The notes beneath the pieces were generated by a model. That model was not told the DNA's origin. It ran no database searches and saw nothing but the letters and a program-made list of their open reading frames with translations. A DNA stretch of 62,920 nt, filler included, from Stramenopiles sp. TOSAG23-3 (lineage: Eukaryota), in assembly GCA_900128585.1 (NCBI GenBank). It is 9 parts of 9 records of this genome, joined end to end, with 100 filler letters (N's around TTAATTAATTAA, not from the genome) between each part and the next. Parts side by side here need not be neighbours in the genome. Positions count along the whole stretch, not along the records: positions 38,677 to 46,280 come from LT643126.1; positions 46,381 to 53,969 come from LT643127.1; 7 more parts are not named here. One strand, 5' to 3'. This document shows positions 40,968 through 52,326 of the stretch, piece after piece; position 1 is the stretch's first letter; each line of letters opens with the position of its first letter. Made by a program: the position numbers and the translations under genes.

Positions 40968-43900
40968 CTTAAAGTGTCGCAGGGTGAGCGGTGTAAAGTA
41001 GTAAGCAAAAGGTGAAAATAGCCAAACGTCCTATGCACGCACAATGTATCGTGGCACTGTTCGAACGAAGAAATATAATATCCAATAAAAAAGATATGGA
41101 AAATGAATGTACTTTTAAATTGCTAACGTGGTTTACGGGCATGAAGCAAAACATTTGTGCGTCTCTATCGCAGCCCATCTCTCTCTCTCTCCATCTATAA
41201 ACCCTTCCGCTCGATCTAACTAACACAAAGAGACTCACGTCCGTCCATACGTATTCCATCTTCTTCTATCAACAAATGGATAGAAACCTCCTCCCTCCCT
41301 CCCTTCCTCAGCTGTTATTGTCTAGCTAAATGGCTATCTCTCAGGCTCTACTATCTTAAAACCATCCTAATTACTTAATTTTTATTATTAATTATCTTTT
41401 TTTCTTCTTTTAATATTACATAGTCACAGTATGTATTATACCTAGTAAGTCACAGAGTGTGAGTTAGTTGTACGTAATATTTTTATTCCTATGCTACGTA
41501 ATGTAATATTATTTCTTTTGTAGTAGTAGTACTATATGAAAGAGAGGTTCTTTCTGTGTTGTGTGTTGTGTTGTTATAATATGTACAATATCAAAGCTTT
41601 TATTTTATTGTTGAAAGAATCTAAGTTACGGCTATGACACTACGTAGGGATTTAGTACAAGTAATATAGCTATATATATACGTATACTAGTATAATTAGA
41701 AGGGAGTTAGTTAGTGTACATCGTACAAGAAAGACGAAGACTGTCATGTTGTCAGCAATGGAAATCAAAAAATACACTACAGAATGTACTTTAAAGTGTT
41801 CTCAGTGTACACTACAGTAGTAGAATAAATTAATAGGGAAAGAAGATACACTTTTTCTTTCCTTTCAATGTAGGGCCAGCATTGGATGCAGGCTTAGGCT
41901 TCGTATAATGGACAGTGAAACAGACAGATGCCTTGGAAGCAAAAAAAAAGCTGAAGGTTCGCCACGTCAACAAAGTTTCCTTCTCCTTTGTGTTGTTGAC
42001 CTATTAAAAACAACCTGGTTACGCTCCGATGTATTATAGGAATAGGGAGCGCAGCGCTGATATAGTCTAATACAGCTCCGATGTATTACGACCATTGTAT
42101 GTATATATACTTTCGTAGCTAATCTGCTGAAACACTAAACACCTTGGGGTTGGTGTTATACTAATTATGCTTCTTACATTATCGATAAGTGCGTGAGTTC
42201 GATCTTTTGTATTGTAATTCATTTCAAGTACATAAATATATAGGTTAGTTTTGTATAAAAAACCATAATTAGTTCACACCAACCATTTAGCGAATTGACA
42301 GCCCTTTAATACATGGAGACAGTGGGGGAATGAGGCTTGTGGTATAATACAAGTAAACACAACCGGGAGTTTAGTGGGAAAAAAGAAGGGAACCCAGTAA
42401 TAAACAGTTTTTCATTCGACTGTGTTTTCCAGATGCTCTGTAGATGTAATATGTACGCAGAAAATAGTTGAAAGGCAATAATGACATTTCTATAAATTAA
42501 GGTATACATATTTAATTATATTTATCGCTTCCTCTCAAAGTAAGTATTAATACAATATACTGCTGAAGCGATAAATATTATTCTTGAGAGGAATGCATCC
42601 TATGCTTCCTTACTTTGAGGAGTCCAAGTTGTACTTCAAAAAATAAGCTGTGAACAAATAATAAATAAAAAGAAGAGAGCAGAAAGAAAAGGAGAATTCG
42701 AATATTTCTAATTTTAATATTTAATAATTTTAAGTACTTTAATTCTAAGACTAGGAGGTCCTAGGTGGTAAATTTTACTACAGCTTTTTGTGAGGTGGAG
42801 TAAAGTTGGGTGGCTGCATACCATCCACCTATGGAATCTAATAATTCATTAGTATACGTATAATTATAAATATAATATATAGGTATCCTTACTAAATGAT
42901 AAATAAAAGAATAAAATTTCAAACTGAAGCCATCTCTATATACGTATTACCTACACAGCATACAAATGAACAACTACACCAAAAGTGTACGATGTGTTGC
43001 TTCCTATTTACCTATTCATAGATCTGTTCGCAGGCGACTCATTCTGAATTGAATTCTAGGTGGGAAAAATAGAAAAACAATATAAGCTATAACTATAACA
43101 AACAATAAAATTATTGATTTTTTTTGTCAGTCGCTAGTGCGCTCTTGGTAGGTCAAAATTATAATATAGAAATAGCATTAAAGATAGAGAATTCATCTGA
43201 ATGGTCACTTACGTTCCTAATGGTATTCCTATATGGTACAAACAAGAAATTAAGTGTTTTGTTGTGACAAAACAAAACCGGGATTGTTATCGACCACCTT
43301 GGTGGTATATTACACAGCATTATACCCTATTTATATCACTATCACAACACGCCAAACAACCAGAATCGAACCAACCAAAATAAATAAATACAACTGATTT
43401 TCATTTATATTTGAGTTGTTTACTATGCTGTGTATATATGTATGCTCCTTCTATTTGAGTTCAATATAATAACTGGATCGTCAAATAAGATAGTTTGTCC
43501 CTATGCTAATACCCTGTTATATTTCCCAATAAACCCATCATTAGCTAATATCAGAAAAGACGGCGGCAATCTGATCCCAATTTCTTACACGGAAAATAAA
43601 TAACAGGCACATACCATCAAAAACCAACACCGCCGCACTCATTTTTCTCTCTCTTCTTCCCTCCGGAAAATCAATTTATCTTCTTTCTGAGGTATCATCA
43701 GATTCAAACCACCATCCCAGCAGGGTCACAACAGGGTCCTAAAGAAGTAAATGAAAAAAGAGGGATGATTGTTTTTGTTTATTTTGCAACCACACCACCG
43801 TAAGCCTCCTCCACACCTATTATACTTGCTACTGACCATTCACCACGAATAGTTATTCGTTTATCAGTATCGACATGAACAGTCACCACTATTGAAGATT

Positions 43901-44022
43901 TAATAGCATAATTTGAAACATATTTGTTATCTCATTCATACAACAATTCGATATTTCCCTACCGTGTACAACAGTGTTACGTTTCTACTGGATTTTTGTT
44001 GTACCCTTAGTTATTTAGTGCC

Positions 44023-44119
44023 GTAAGTCATCCCCCGCCGCCAGTGCCAAGGCACGCAACCTCCCACAAAGCCTTTTGGCACACCTCTAACACCATGTTC
44101 TTTTTTTCAATGCTTACAG
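44023..44119 (+). other. candidate spliceosomal intron just upstream of the cyclin start
   Basis: GTAAGT donor, CTCTAAC branch point at 44085-44091, poly-T tract and TTACAG acceptor. Confidence 0.65.
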
Positions 44120-44124
44120 AGACG

Positions 44125-45147
44125 ATGATTTCTAATGCCCGAGTGACAAGAAGTATGGCCCCAACGCAGAAGCATACTATTGATGCGTGGCCAAGTAACA
44201 GCTCTGTTTCTGGCAGCATGGATATTTCTCCAATGCCTGCAGCGAAAAAGTACAAGTCATTCCACACCTACGAGGCGATGGACATTACCCCACAAAAGGC
44301 AAACACCAGAGTGCCAGAAGTCGCCCGGCCATTCATGGTCCACAAGGGATTGGACAAAATGTGGGGCGTATGCTCCGAGGAGGTCGAAGGTTTGATGCGA
44401 CAGCGCGAGAACCTGCACCGAGAGTACAAACCGGCCGCGAAATGGCTTCAGTTCCGGAGGGTTCTGGTCGACTGGATGTGCGAGGCAGGGGACGAGTTCA
44501 ACCTGAAGCTCTCGACCATGCACGTGTCCGTAATGCTGCTGGATCGCATCTTGCACAACACCAGCGTCACTCGAAACAAACTCCAGCTGGTGGCAATTGC
44601 GTGCATTTTGATCGCTGCCAAATACGAGGAAACCGAGGAAGCCGTCCCATCCCTCAGTGACATGAACAGGTACGCCCAGTGGGCGTACGACCAAGACCAA
44701 ATCTATCACATGGAAATTATGGTGTTGAACAAATTGAACTGGTGCCTGGGCACTTACACCCCCCTTCACTTCGCGGGATATTACATGAGCAAAGGCGTTC
44801 TATTCCACCCCGACACGATGCAAGGCCGCCCATTAGTAAAGAAAGTTCCAGGGTACTTGAAAAGGTACGTAGAATTTTTTGCAGACCTATGCTTGCAAGA
44901 CTACTCGTTTCAAAAATATTCTCCATCGCTGATGGCGGCGGCCATTGTTATGGCATCTAGAAAGGCTCTCAGTATTGGGCCGATTTGGCGCCCAGAACTG
45001 TCAGCTTTGTGCAAGTACGAAGAGGAAGAAGTAAGGCCTTGCTTCGCTGCAATTTGGGAATGCTATCGAAGCAGCTTCCCGGCTGCCCAGGGCACGGAGG
45101 ACGAATATACAATTTCACCAACGTCCATTGCGTCGGGGCCGCAGTAA
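44125..45147 (+). CDS. cyclin (N- and C-terminal cyclin folds; cyclin J/B-like)
   Basis: RRVLVDWMCE, TMHVSVMLLDRIL, KLQLVAIACILIAAKYEE, MEIMVLNKLNW and FQKYSPSLMAAAIV. Confidence 0.93.
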   Translation: MISNARVTRSMAPTQKHTIDAWPSNSSVSGSMDISPMPAAKKYKSFHTYEAMDITPQKANTRVPEVARPFMVHKGLDKMWGVCSEEVEGLMRQRENLHREYKPAAKWLQFRRVLVDWMCEAGDEFNLKLSTMHVSVMLLDRILHNTSVTRNKLQLVAIACILIAAKYEETEEAVPSLSDMNRYAQWAYDQDQIYHMEIMVLNKLNWCLGTYTPLHFAGYYMSKGVLFHPDTMQGRPLVKKVPGYLKRYVEFFADLCLQDYSFQKYSPSLMAAAIVMASRKALSIGPIWRPELSALCKYEEEEVRPCFAAIWECYRSSFPAAQGTEDEYTISPTSIASGPQ

Positions 45148-46280
45148 ACGTCTGGGGTTGCCTCGTAGAGCATGCCACCAGCCTGCGCTTGTATCTATGG
45201 GGAGGAGGGTTGGGCGACAAGTAAATTGCAACGGCAATGGAGGATTTCTTGTGTGTAGTGGAGCAGGATGATATGGCGAAAGCCTGGAGCATGGAAGCGT
45301 GATCGAGTGGATCTTTTTCGCTTTTTTAGCTCGTGGCGTTGGAACACGGAGAACGCACGACTTTTGCGCTCAAATTAGAATGAGGGCGCAAGAAATGTGT
45401 ATGTGTTTGCCATTTTATGGGGGGTTTAGCATTTGGCTTTTTGTAATCGCTGAACAGGAGTTAAGAGATCGGAAAGAGTTGCGGTGGTGACTTTTGCCTG
45501 GTTTGAAACCTTGCAAAGTTCTGTTAACAACCGCCAACATTTTTTTAACAAATTGTCTCAAAGCACACCAAATTGGAAACTATCAACACTGCGCACACAC
45601 ACACGTAAATTGTCAAAATTTAGATTGCTCTTGCAGGGTATGGAACGCAGCAATGAACAACACATTTGTTTGACTAATTTCTTCTTTTGTCGGAGCACAT
45701 ATTTTTTGTAAACGTTTGTGGTAGAGAGGTACGCGGTTTCATAAATAATCTAGAGAAACAACAAAATTTAAATAAAACAACAATAATTTTTATTATAGAA
45801 GGTGTACACATAATATATAGAATACTGTGTAGAATGGATGATTCCCGGTTTATACTTATAATAATTTCCTATATAAATCAGATTAAACTACTATCATCTA
45901 TACTTATACACACCCAATTAAATTATAATCGAAACTACCGTCGTGTGTTTTTCATCTTGTTAGGGGAAAACGGCTTTTAGATTACTACGAGTTAAATAAA
46001 TAAATCCTCCCTCTTTTTGATCGCCCTGAGCCCTGAACCTGTAATTTCATTCTTCAAGAAAGTTTTCAGTTTCCTTTCAATTTCTTCACTAAAACAGTCA
46101 TAAGACCACACCTCCTATTCTTCACTATTACCTGTTGTTATATCCGCCTATGTAACGAGAAATTGTCGAATGCGACCTTTTAACAGCCCAAATTTTTTTT
46201 TGACATCTTATAAGTACATTCTAATGTAATACTACCACGCAGTATTCTACGATGCACGTTCAATACTTACAAAATCACCA

Positions 46281-46380
46281 NNNNNNNNNNNNNNNNNNNN
46301 NNNNNNNNNNNNNNNNNNNNNNNNTTAATTAATTAANNNNNNNNNNNNNNNNNNNNNNNNNNNNNNNNNNNNNNNNNNNN
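46281..46380. other. artificial contig linker
   Basis: N44-TTAATTAATTAA-N44. Confidence 0.99.
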
Positions 46381-46585
46381 AACACAAGAAGAAGGAGAAA
46401 AAAAAGAATTCACTCACCACAAAAACAATCCAACCTTACCTCGTCCTTATACCATACGTAAACAGAATGGGGTGTATAGGAGCAACTGATGAAATGGGAC
46501 AATTCGCCCGGCTCTATCTACCCAAATATTGGAACCAGCACACGAATGATCGTGTACTCGTACCATTGAGAGTTCGCCATCAAGC

Positions 46586-47986
46586 ATGACGTCGTACTAC
46601 ATGGAAGCGGCGGGTTCTTCCATGGGCTCGTCCGCGCGGGCGTTGCTTCCTTGTCGGTCCGTGCTGACGGCCACCAAGCTGCCGCACGAACCAAACAAAG
46701 GTCGCCCTCGGCATTTCGCTGTGTCTTTGGCATTAACCAACGATAAAAATATTATCGCCGTGGCATTGTCGGCGCCGCTCAACAATGTCCTTTTGTACAA
46801 AATCCAGACGTTTGAACGGATCGTCTCAAACACGCAGGCCCTGAACGGGAACAATAATAATATTATCGAGGGCCCTAGAAACATACGGGAGATAAAATTC
46901 TCTCCGGCGGATAAAAATTTGTTAGTCATGGTCGGGGAAAGCGGTGTCCGGTGCCTGTACTTCAAGGAAGACAATGGGGTGATGGCATGGTCCAGCATGG
47001 CCATCACGTCCCTGGACACGCACACGCTGGCGTTCGGATGTGGTGGCGGCCTTCTGGCGTGTGGCCACGAGAACGGCGTTATCACCTTTTGGGATGCAAA
47101 CAACCAAATTGGGGGCACACTGAGGAACCAAGAGGTAGACCAACGAAGTCGGCATCAGCCAAGCACACTATCTCCGATCGGGGAGTACAACTCGTCGCAC
47201 ACGGATGCCGTCCTAACGCTAGGCTTTCACCCGCAGGACGACACCAAACTGGTCTCGGCAGCGGCCGACGGGACGTGCAACTTTTATAACGTCAGAGCGA
47301 AAAGCGAAGACGAGGCGTACTTGATGACGTGGACGAGCCCAAACAAAAGTGACATTGTTCAGTTTTTTACGTACACGGACCGACAAACCCAACAACAAAT
47401 GGTTGGTCTTGTCACGAGTACCCACAGCCTTAGCCTCTGGTCGGTGGAGTCTGGCGAGTGCAAAGCGGTCGTTTTGTGTTCCAATTTGGAAGAATTCAGC
47501 GACACGGGGCCCAACCATGGCAAGGAGCGGAAAGGGACGAGCATCGTGCACCTTGGGTTTGACTACATTGCAGATGTTGCGTTCGACGAAGGCAGGGACA
47601 TGTTCATTATATCGGCAGGTAAATATGTAAATAGAAAGTTGTACCGGTTGGCGAGCCCGGCCGCGTACGTCAACGGCGGGTGGTGCAGCAACGAGGGAGA
47701 CGGGCCCGTCATTTTTGACAAAAGCATGATTCAAGTAGATTGCGAATTGAACGAGGGGCATTACGGGGTGGTTCGTGACGTTCTGTGGGTGGATGGGTCG
47801 GCATGCTTGACGTGCGGGGAAGATGCAAAGCTGTGCCTCTGGGCAAACAACGATTTGGACGGAGAACAACACATGCCCAATAGCGACGGGAGAACGGTGG
47901 TCGTCCATAACCAAGCAGAAAAGCGTAAGTTGGGTGGCAGTTTGAACTCCACCGGAGGTACCAAAACCCGAAAACGGATGATGTAA
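46586..47986 (+). CDS. WD40-repeat protein, WDR89-like
   Basis: ITFWD, SHTDAVLTLGFHP..KLVSAAADGTCNFYN...EDEA and GHYGVVRDVLW..LTCGEDAKLCLW. Confidence 0.85.
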   Translation: MTSYYMEAAGSSMGSSARALLPCRSVLTATKLPHEPNKGRPRHFAVSLALTNDKNIIAVALSAPLNNVLLYKIQTFERIVSNTQALNGNNNNIIEGPRNIREIKFSPADKNLLVMVGESGVRCLYFKEDNGVMAWSSMAITSLDTHTLAFGCGGGLLACGHENGVITFWDANNQIGGTLRNQEVDQRSRHQPSTLSPIGEYNSSHTDAVLTLGFHPQDDTKLVSAAADGTCNFYNVRAKSEDEAYLMTWTSPNKSDIVQFFTYTDRQTQQQMVGLVTSTHSLSLWSVESGECKAVVLCSNLEEFSDTGPNHGKERKGTSIVHLGFDYIADVAFDEGRDMFIISAGKYVNRKLYRLASPAAYVNGGWCSNEGDGPVIFDKSMIQVDCELNEGHYGVVRDVLWVDGSACLTCGEDAKLCLWANNDLDGEQHMPNSDGRTVVVHNQAEKRKLGGSLNSTGGTKTRKRMM

Positions 47987-48170
47987 ATATAAGAGATATA
48001 AAATGAGAGTCTTAAAAAGCATACACACTAATATAAAAAAATGAAATAAGATATAAAATAAAACTTATAATAAAATATGCAGTAATATCCCCCAGTGGTA
48101 TGTTATATTTAAATTAATAAGAAGAAGATATTATGTTACATTTAATTAAAATCTGAGAAACATTCTCTGC

Positions 48171-48340
48171 CAGCGAAGTATTCACTTTCAACGCCTCTGC
48201 AACATATTTTCCCCTTCAGCACCAATGTTGTTATTTCCCAAATAAATTATTGTCAACGAAGTATTCAGTTTCAACGCCTCTGCAACATATTTTGCCCCTT
48301 CAGCACCAATGTTGTTATTGTACAAATGAATCCATGTTTT
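48171..48340 (-). pseudogene. relic of two 28-residue RI/NLRC3-type leucine-rich repeats
   Basis: Direct repeat with 83-84-bp period. The minus strand translates IHLYNNNIGAEGAKYVAEALKLNTSLTIIYLGNNNIGAEG/(1-nt deletion)/KYVAEALKVNTSL. Confidence 0.85.
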
Positions 48341-48733
48341 ATACTGTGACATTTATTAATTCGAAAATTCAGCCCTCCTCTGGGAAAACCCATTATTATT
48401 TAATAATTAATAATAAAATAATTATTGTTGCTGCTGTGCTGTGCCTTCTTCTTTTTTCTTTCTTCTTTTCATCTTCTTCATCGTCGCATCATTTATCCAT
48501 CATATTTTATTATATCATCATCTCAAAAACAACAATGTTGTTAACAACAAGATAATAAGAATAAAAGCTTGTTGTGTTTAACTAAAACAAATCTAACTAA
48601 GAAATTGGTAAATGACCAACTTCAACTGTTCAATGCATGACATTAAAAAAAACAAACAAACAAGCATACCGAATAGTACGCAGCTCTTTTTTTTCTTCAA
48701 GTGGAGTGTACTATTTATTTCTCGGCCATAAAG

Positions 48734-49072
48734 ATGGCATTCCTCTTTTTAGAATACATTGATTGCAATAAGAAATTTTACACATGCGCGGGATGCGACA
48801 CGACCCACTTGGCGACCAGGGGAGACATTATTAGCAAGGCCTTTCGAAACGGGGATGGGCGGGCCTATTTGTTCGATAAAGCCGTAAATACGTATACAGG
48901 GCCTGCGGTGGAGCGTTTGCTGTTAACTGGTTTCCATTGCGTCTGCGACATATTTTGCTGCAAATGCCACACCAAGTTAGGGTGGTTTTACGTGGAGGCG
49001 TACGAACAGTCCCAAAAATACAAAGTTGGAAAATTCGTCCTTGAGAAGCAAAAGATAAAGAAGAACTGGTGA
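48734..49072 (+). CDS. Yippee-like zinc-binding protein (YPEL)
   Basis: YTCAGCDTTHLA..DIISKAF..GRAYLF, LLTGFHCVCDIFCCKC and LGWFY.EAYEQSQKYKVGKFVLEK. Confidence 0.96.
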   Translation: MAFLFLEYIDCNKKFYTCAGCDTTHLATRGDIISKAFRNGDGRAYLFDKAVNTYTGPAVERLLLTGFHCVCDIFCCKCHTKLGWFYVEAYEQSQKYKVGKFVLEKQKIKKNW

Positions 49073-49173
49073 GCTGAGTTATTAACAAACCTGTAAAAGC
49101 GCGCGTTGTATAAATTGTAAATTAAAATAGAAATCCGTCGCGTGTGCACTACCATTACTGTATTCGTAAAATT

Positions 49174-50775
49174 TTACTCCACGCGTTTGTAAACGAAACA
49201 CCGGGTGTGCCCCCAGCTCATGCGCACCATGACCGTTCCAGCTTGTTTGAACATTGGTTTCCCGTCACTCCCATCCACGCCATCGTGGAATCGGTTGTTC
49301 TTAAAAAGTTGTCGCGTCATCGATATGACCCGCCCATGGAGCGGAAGTCGTTCAAGAAGGCGCTGCTCAATGTGCGCCATCGTGTCCTTGCCGAAGCACG
49401 CAGCACCGATGAAAACGACGTTCGGGGTGTTCGGTCCCCACTCCGTCTCTTTTGCTCTAACGTCGCCTTGGAGAAACCCGATGTCGGTGTGGCCAAAATC
49501 GTATCGATCGTGGGGTCCCGACGACCTCAGGATGTTGAACCTTCGTTCGCATCCCAAGGAAATCCGGTGGAGCGGCTCTAAAAGCTCGACCCCGTAGCAA
49601 CTTTTGAACTTGTGCCCGTGCAGGATTGCCGCGGCTATCACGGCCCGCCCGCACCCAGACCCCAAGTCCAAAAAGCAGTCGCCATCTTGTATTTCTGCAC
49701 GCTCCAGAAGGGACGAAAATGCAAAGAAGTTCGAGGAGCCGTACGCCAGCTCGGGGTCAATTTTCTGAGCGTCCTCCAGCTGCGTGCGCACCCCGGGGCC
49801 GTGCGTGGACCCCACTGCTGCGAACAGCCCTTCCAAGCGCTCCCTGCGGCCGTTCAGGCTCACTTTGTTGCACATTTGGTTGGTGAACGGGGCGAACACG
49901 TTAATCCAGAACGTGGAGCCTACATCCATCCCTTTCTGTACCGCCAAAAGGTACAGCTGGTTCTTGAAGAGGTCTTGGTTTCCCGTGGTGCTGAACGTCC
50001 GCAAGGCCTCGCAGAGGGAAAACCCCAGGGGGCTGGAGGAAATGGACGGCACCGCGCCTCCCGTCGAGCGGCTGCTATTGCAGCCCGGGCCCGGCTCCTC
50101 TTCTTTAAACTCGTATATGCTCCGCCCTTTTCCTAGCCTTTCGTCGATCAACATCTCCTTCAACACTTGCCGTTCGAACTTGGGCAATGTGGTACTAATA
50201 GAAAGCAGGGCTGCCATCGGTGACAGGGGGGCGGTCGCCTCGGCCGGGGGCGCGGGGCCGGGGGGCGCGGCGCTGACGGCGTGCCCTTTGCGCGGCGCAG
50301 CGTCGTACACCGCCGCGGGGCGCCCTCCGTGGGGGGCGCTCTGCTCTTCGAACCTCTCGTCCCGCTCGCTCTTCTCTTCCTCTTTGAAGTCGAGGTCATA
50401 CTCGCTGATGTTGCTGCTGCCATAGTTCCACTCCGGTGCGCTGTGGTCGGGGTCGCGCCCCTCTTCCGTCGTCTCTGGGTGTTCGGGGTTTGGCTCGCTT
50501 CTATTGCGCCCACGAAAGCGGCCCGTTTGCAGCTTGGACGAAAATTGTTTTTGGGCCGCGTTGTACTGCTGGTACAGTGCGTTGTTGAACATGTTCATGT
50601 CGTTCTGCGAGTTACCGTTGGCCCGTTGGTCGCGCGCAAACGAGAACCCACCTCCAAGCACCTGCTTCTTTCGAGAGTGAAAGGACGTACTACGCTTTTG
50701 CGCGTAGTTCGTTGAAGAAGCAGAGTGGCCGCTGAACGGCGTGGACTTCTTCGCGAAAGGCTTGTGCGGGATCAT
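49174..50775 (-). CDS. class I SAM-dependent methyltransferase, DOT1-like C-terminal domain
   Basis: AYGS, DGDCFLDLGSGCGRAVIAAA, CYGVELL, FLQGD and RMSWG; long disordered N-terminus. Confidence 0.85.
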   Translation of the reverse strand: MIPHKPFAKKSTPFSGHSASSTNYAQKRSTSFHSRKKQVLGGGFSFARDQRANGNSQNDMNMFNNALYQQYNAAQKQFSSKLQTGRFRGRNRSEPNPEHPETTEEGRDPDHSAPEWNYGSSNISEYDLDFKEEEKSERDERFEEQSAPHGGRPAAVYDAAPRKGHAVSAAPPGPAPPAEATAPLSPMAALLSISTTLPKFERQVLKEMLIDERLGKGRSIYEFKEEEPGPGCNSSRSTGGAVPSISSSPLGFSLCEALRTFSTTGNQDLFKNQLYLLAVQKGMDVGSTFWINVFAPFTNQMCNKVSLNGRRERLEGLFAAVGSTHGPGVRTQLEDAQKIDPELAYGSSNFFAFSSLLERAEIQDGDCFLDLGSGCGRAVIAAAILHGHKFKSCYGVELLEPLHRISLGCERRFNILRSSGPHDRYDFGHTDIGFLQGDVRAKETEWGPNTPNVVFIGAACFGKDTMAHIEQRLLERLPLHGRVISMTRQLFKNNRFHDGVDGSDGKPMFKQAGTVMVRMSWGHTRCFVYKRVE

Positions 50776-52326
50776 GGACGGCGGAACGAAGACTCTCACT
50801 CTTTGATGATTTCCAAAAATGGTGCGTACACTCAAACTCACAGTAGGTAGATGTATAGGTTTGGTGTTTGCCTTTTGAAAATCGAAAGTGTGCGTCTTTT
50901 CTCTTAGAATTTAGAATTTAATATTAATGTGGTGTGGTACGGTAAGGTGTTCGCAACCCAAGGAGGCAGGCAGATGGTTTTCGCTTCTTCTTCTATCTAC
51001 TTTTCGGCGGTGGGGTGTATGTAGTTTTATTATTATTATACCAATGTCGTCGTCGGTCGTTTTGTGTTTTTTTTTTTTTTCTCTTCTTCTTTTTTTTTTT
51101 TGTTGTTTTTTTTCTCTATATATTGTGTCTATGTTAAGTATCGTTTGAAATTCATTTTTTATCAAAAAATATAAATAATAATAATAATAATTTTTCTTTT
51201 TTTTTATTATTATTATTATAGTAAGGTAAGGTAATAGTATTTAAATACAGGTACACAGTTCTTCTACGCTTCGTATTTATTTATACTTAAATATTTATTT
51301 ATTATTATTAATTTACATAAACATATCATGAATCAATCAATCTACTGAAAAAATATAACGGCAGTTGATTGTTTAAGTGAAGTTAATTAAGTTTGAAGAA
51401 AGTCTAAGAGGAAGACATTTCATAATAAGGTATATCTAATCTAATACTATAGTCTACCTTAACTTAATAATAAAGATAATGAATTATAATATATAATAAT
51501 ACCAAAGAGATAATAATGAAATAAGAAAGAGAAAAAAAAAGAAAAAGAGTACTATGTCATTTTGTTCTTCTTTCTAATCTCTTCTCTTTTATTAATTAAT
51601 TATTATTATAAATAATTTTAATAAAGAGATCAGATCGATTGGGTTTGGGTTTGGTTATTTTCGTAGTTCCGTTATAAAAGAACAAACTCCAAGAGAACAA
51701 AGGAAGAAGAAAGAACTTTAAGATTTCATTTAATTATTTTATAAGAAAGAAAGAAGACCAGACCTCAAACCTCCCTCCTCCTCCTATTAACCGTACCTAT
51801 AAACTCAATACCTGTGCTGTGTATTTCATATTATTTAGTTGGTTTATTATACTTATGTTTAATATATTGTATTCTAATTATACCTATATAGAGATCTTCT
51901 TCCTCCCTTCCTCCTTCTTTTTTTCGTTCTCTTCTTCAATTTTTTTTTATTTGCTGCTTTCTTCTTTTAAAAGTTATTATTAAGCCCTAATAGCGTGTAG
52001 CACCTTCCAGCATTTTTATTTATTATTATTTATTATTACATTAATAAATCATCCTCTGCGCTACCTTCGTCGTTACGTTTCATCACAGGTACGGTCGTAC
52101 GAATCTCCTCTACACACTTATTTATGTTTTAAGAACTAACGTACGCTTGTTCGACGATTACCAATAACCAATTACTATTAAAAGAAACAATCCAAACAAA
52201 AATAAAGATGTATAAATCGGCATAAGTTAGCGTATCTATACATTTATTGGTCTGTGTGACTGTGCGAATTCTTATCCTGCGTCCCACCACCACCACTACC
52301 ACCAGGACAGACGGGCGGCGTGCAGC

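Noticed and set aside
39936-41015. Long antisense and alternative-frame ORFs (also 17228..17998, 19347..20108, 3999..4733, 47219..48028, 52389..53231)
   Set aside because: Shadows of GC-rich real genes on the opposite strand, with no motifs of their own.
41860-42000. GC-richer stop-free minus-strand stretch in the clathrin-cyclin spacer
   Set aside because: No start codon or recognisable motif; cannot be supported as a gene or RNA.
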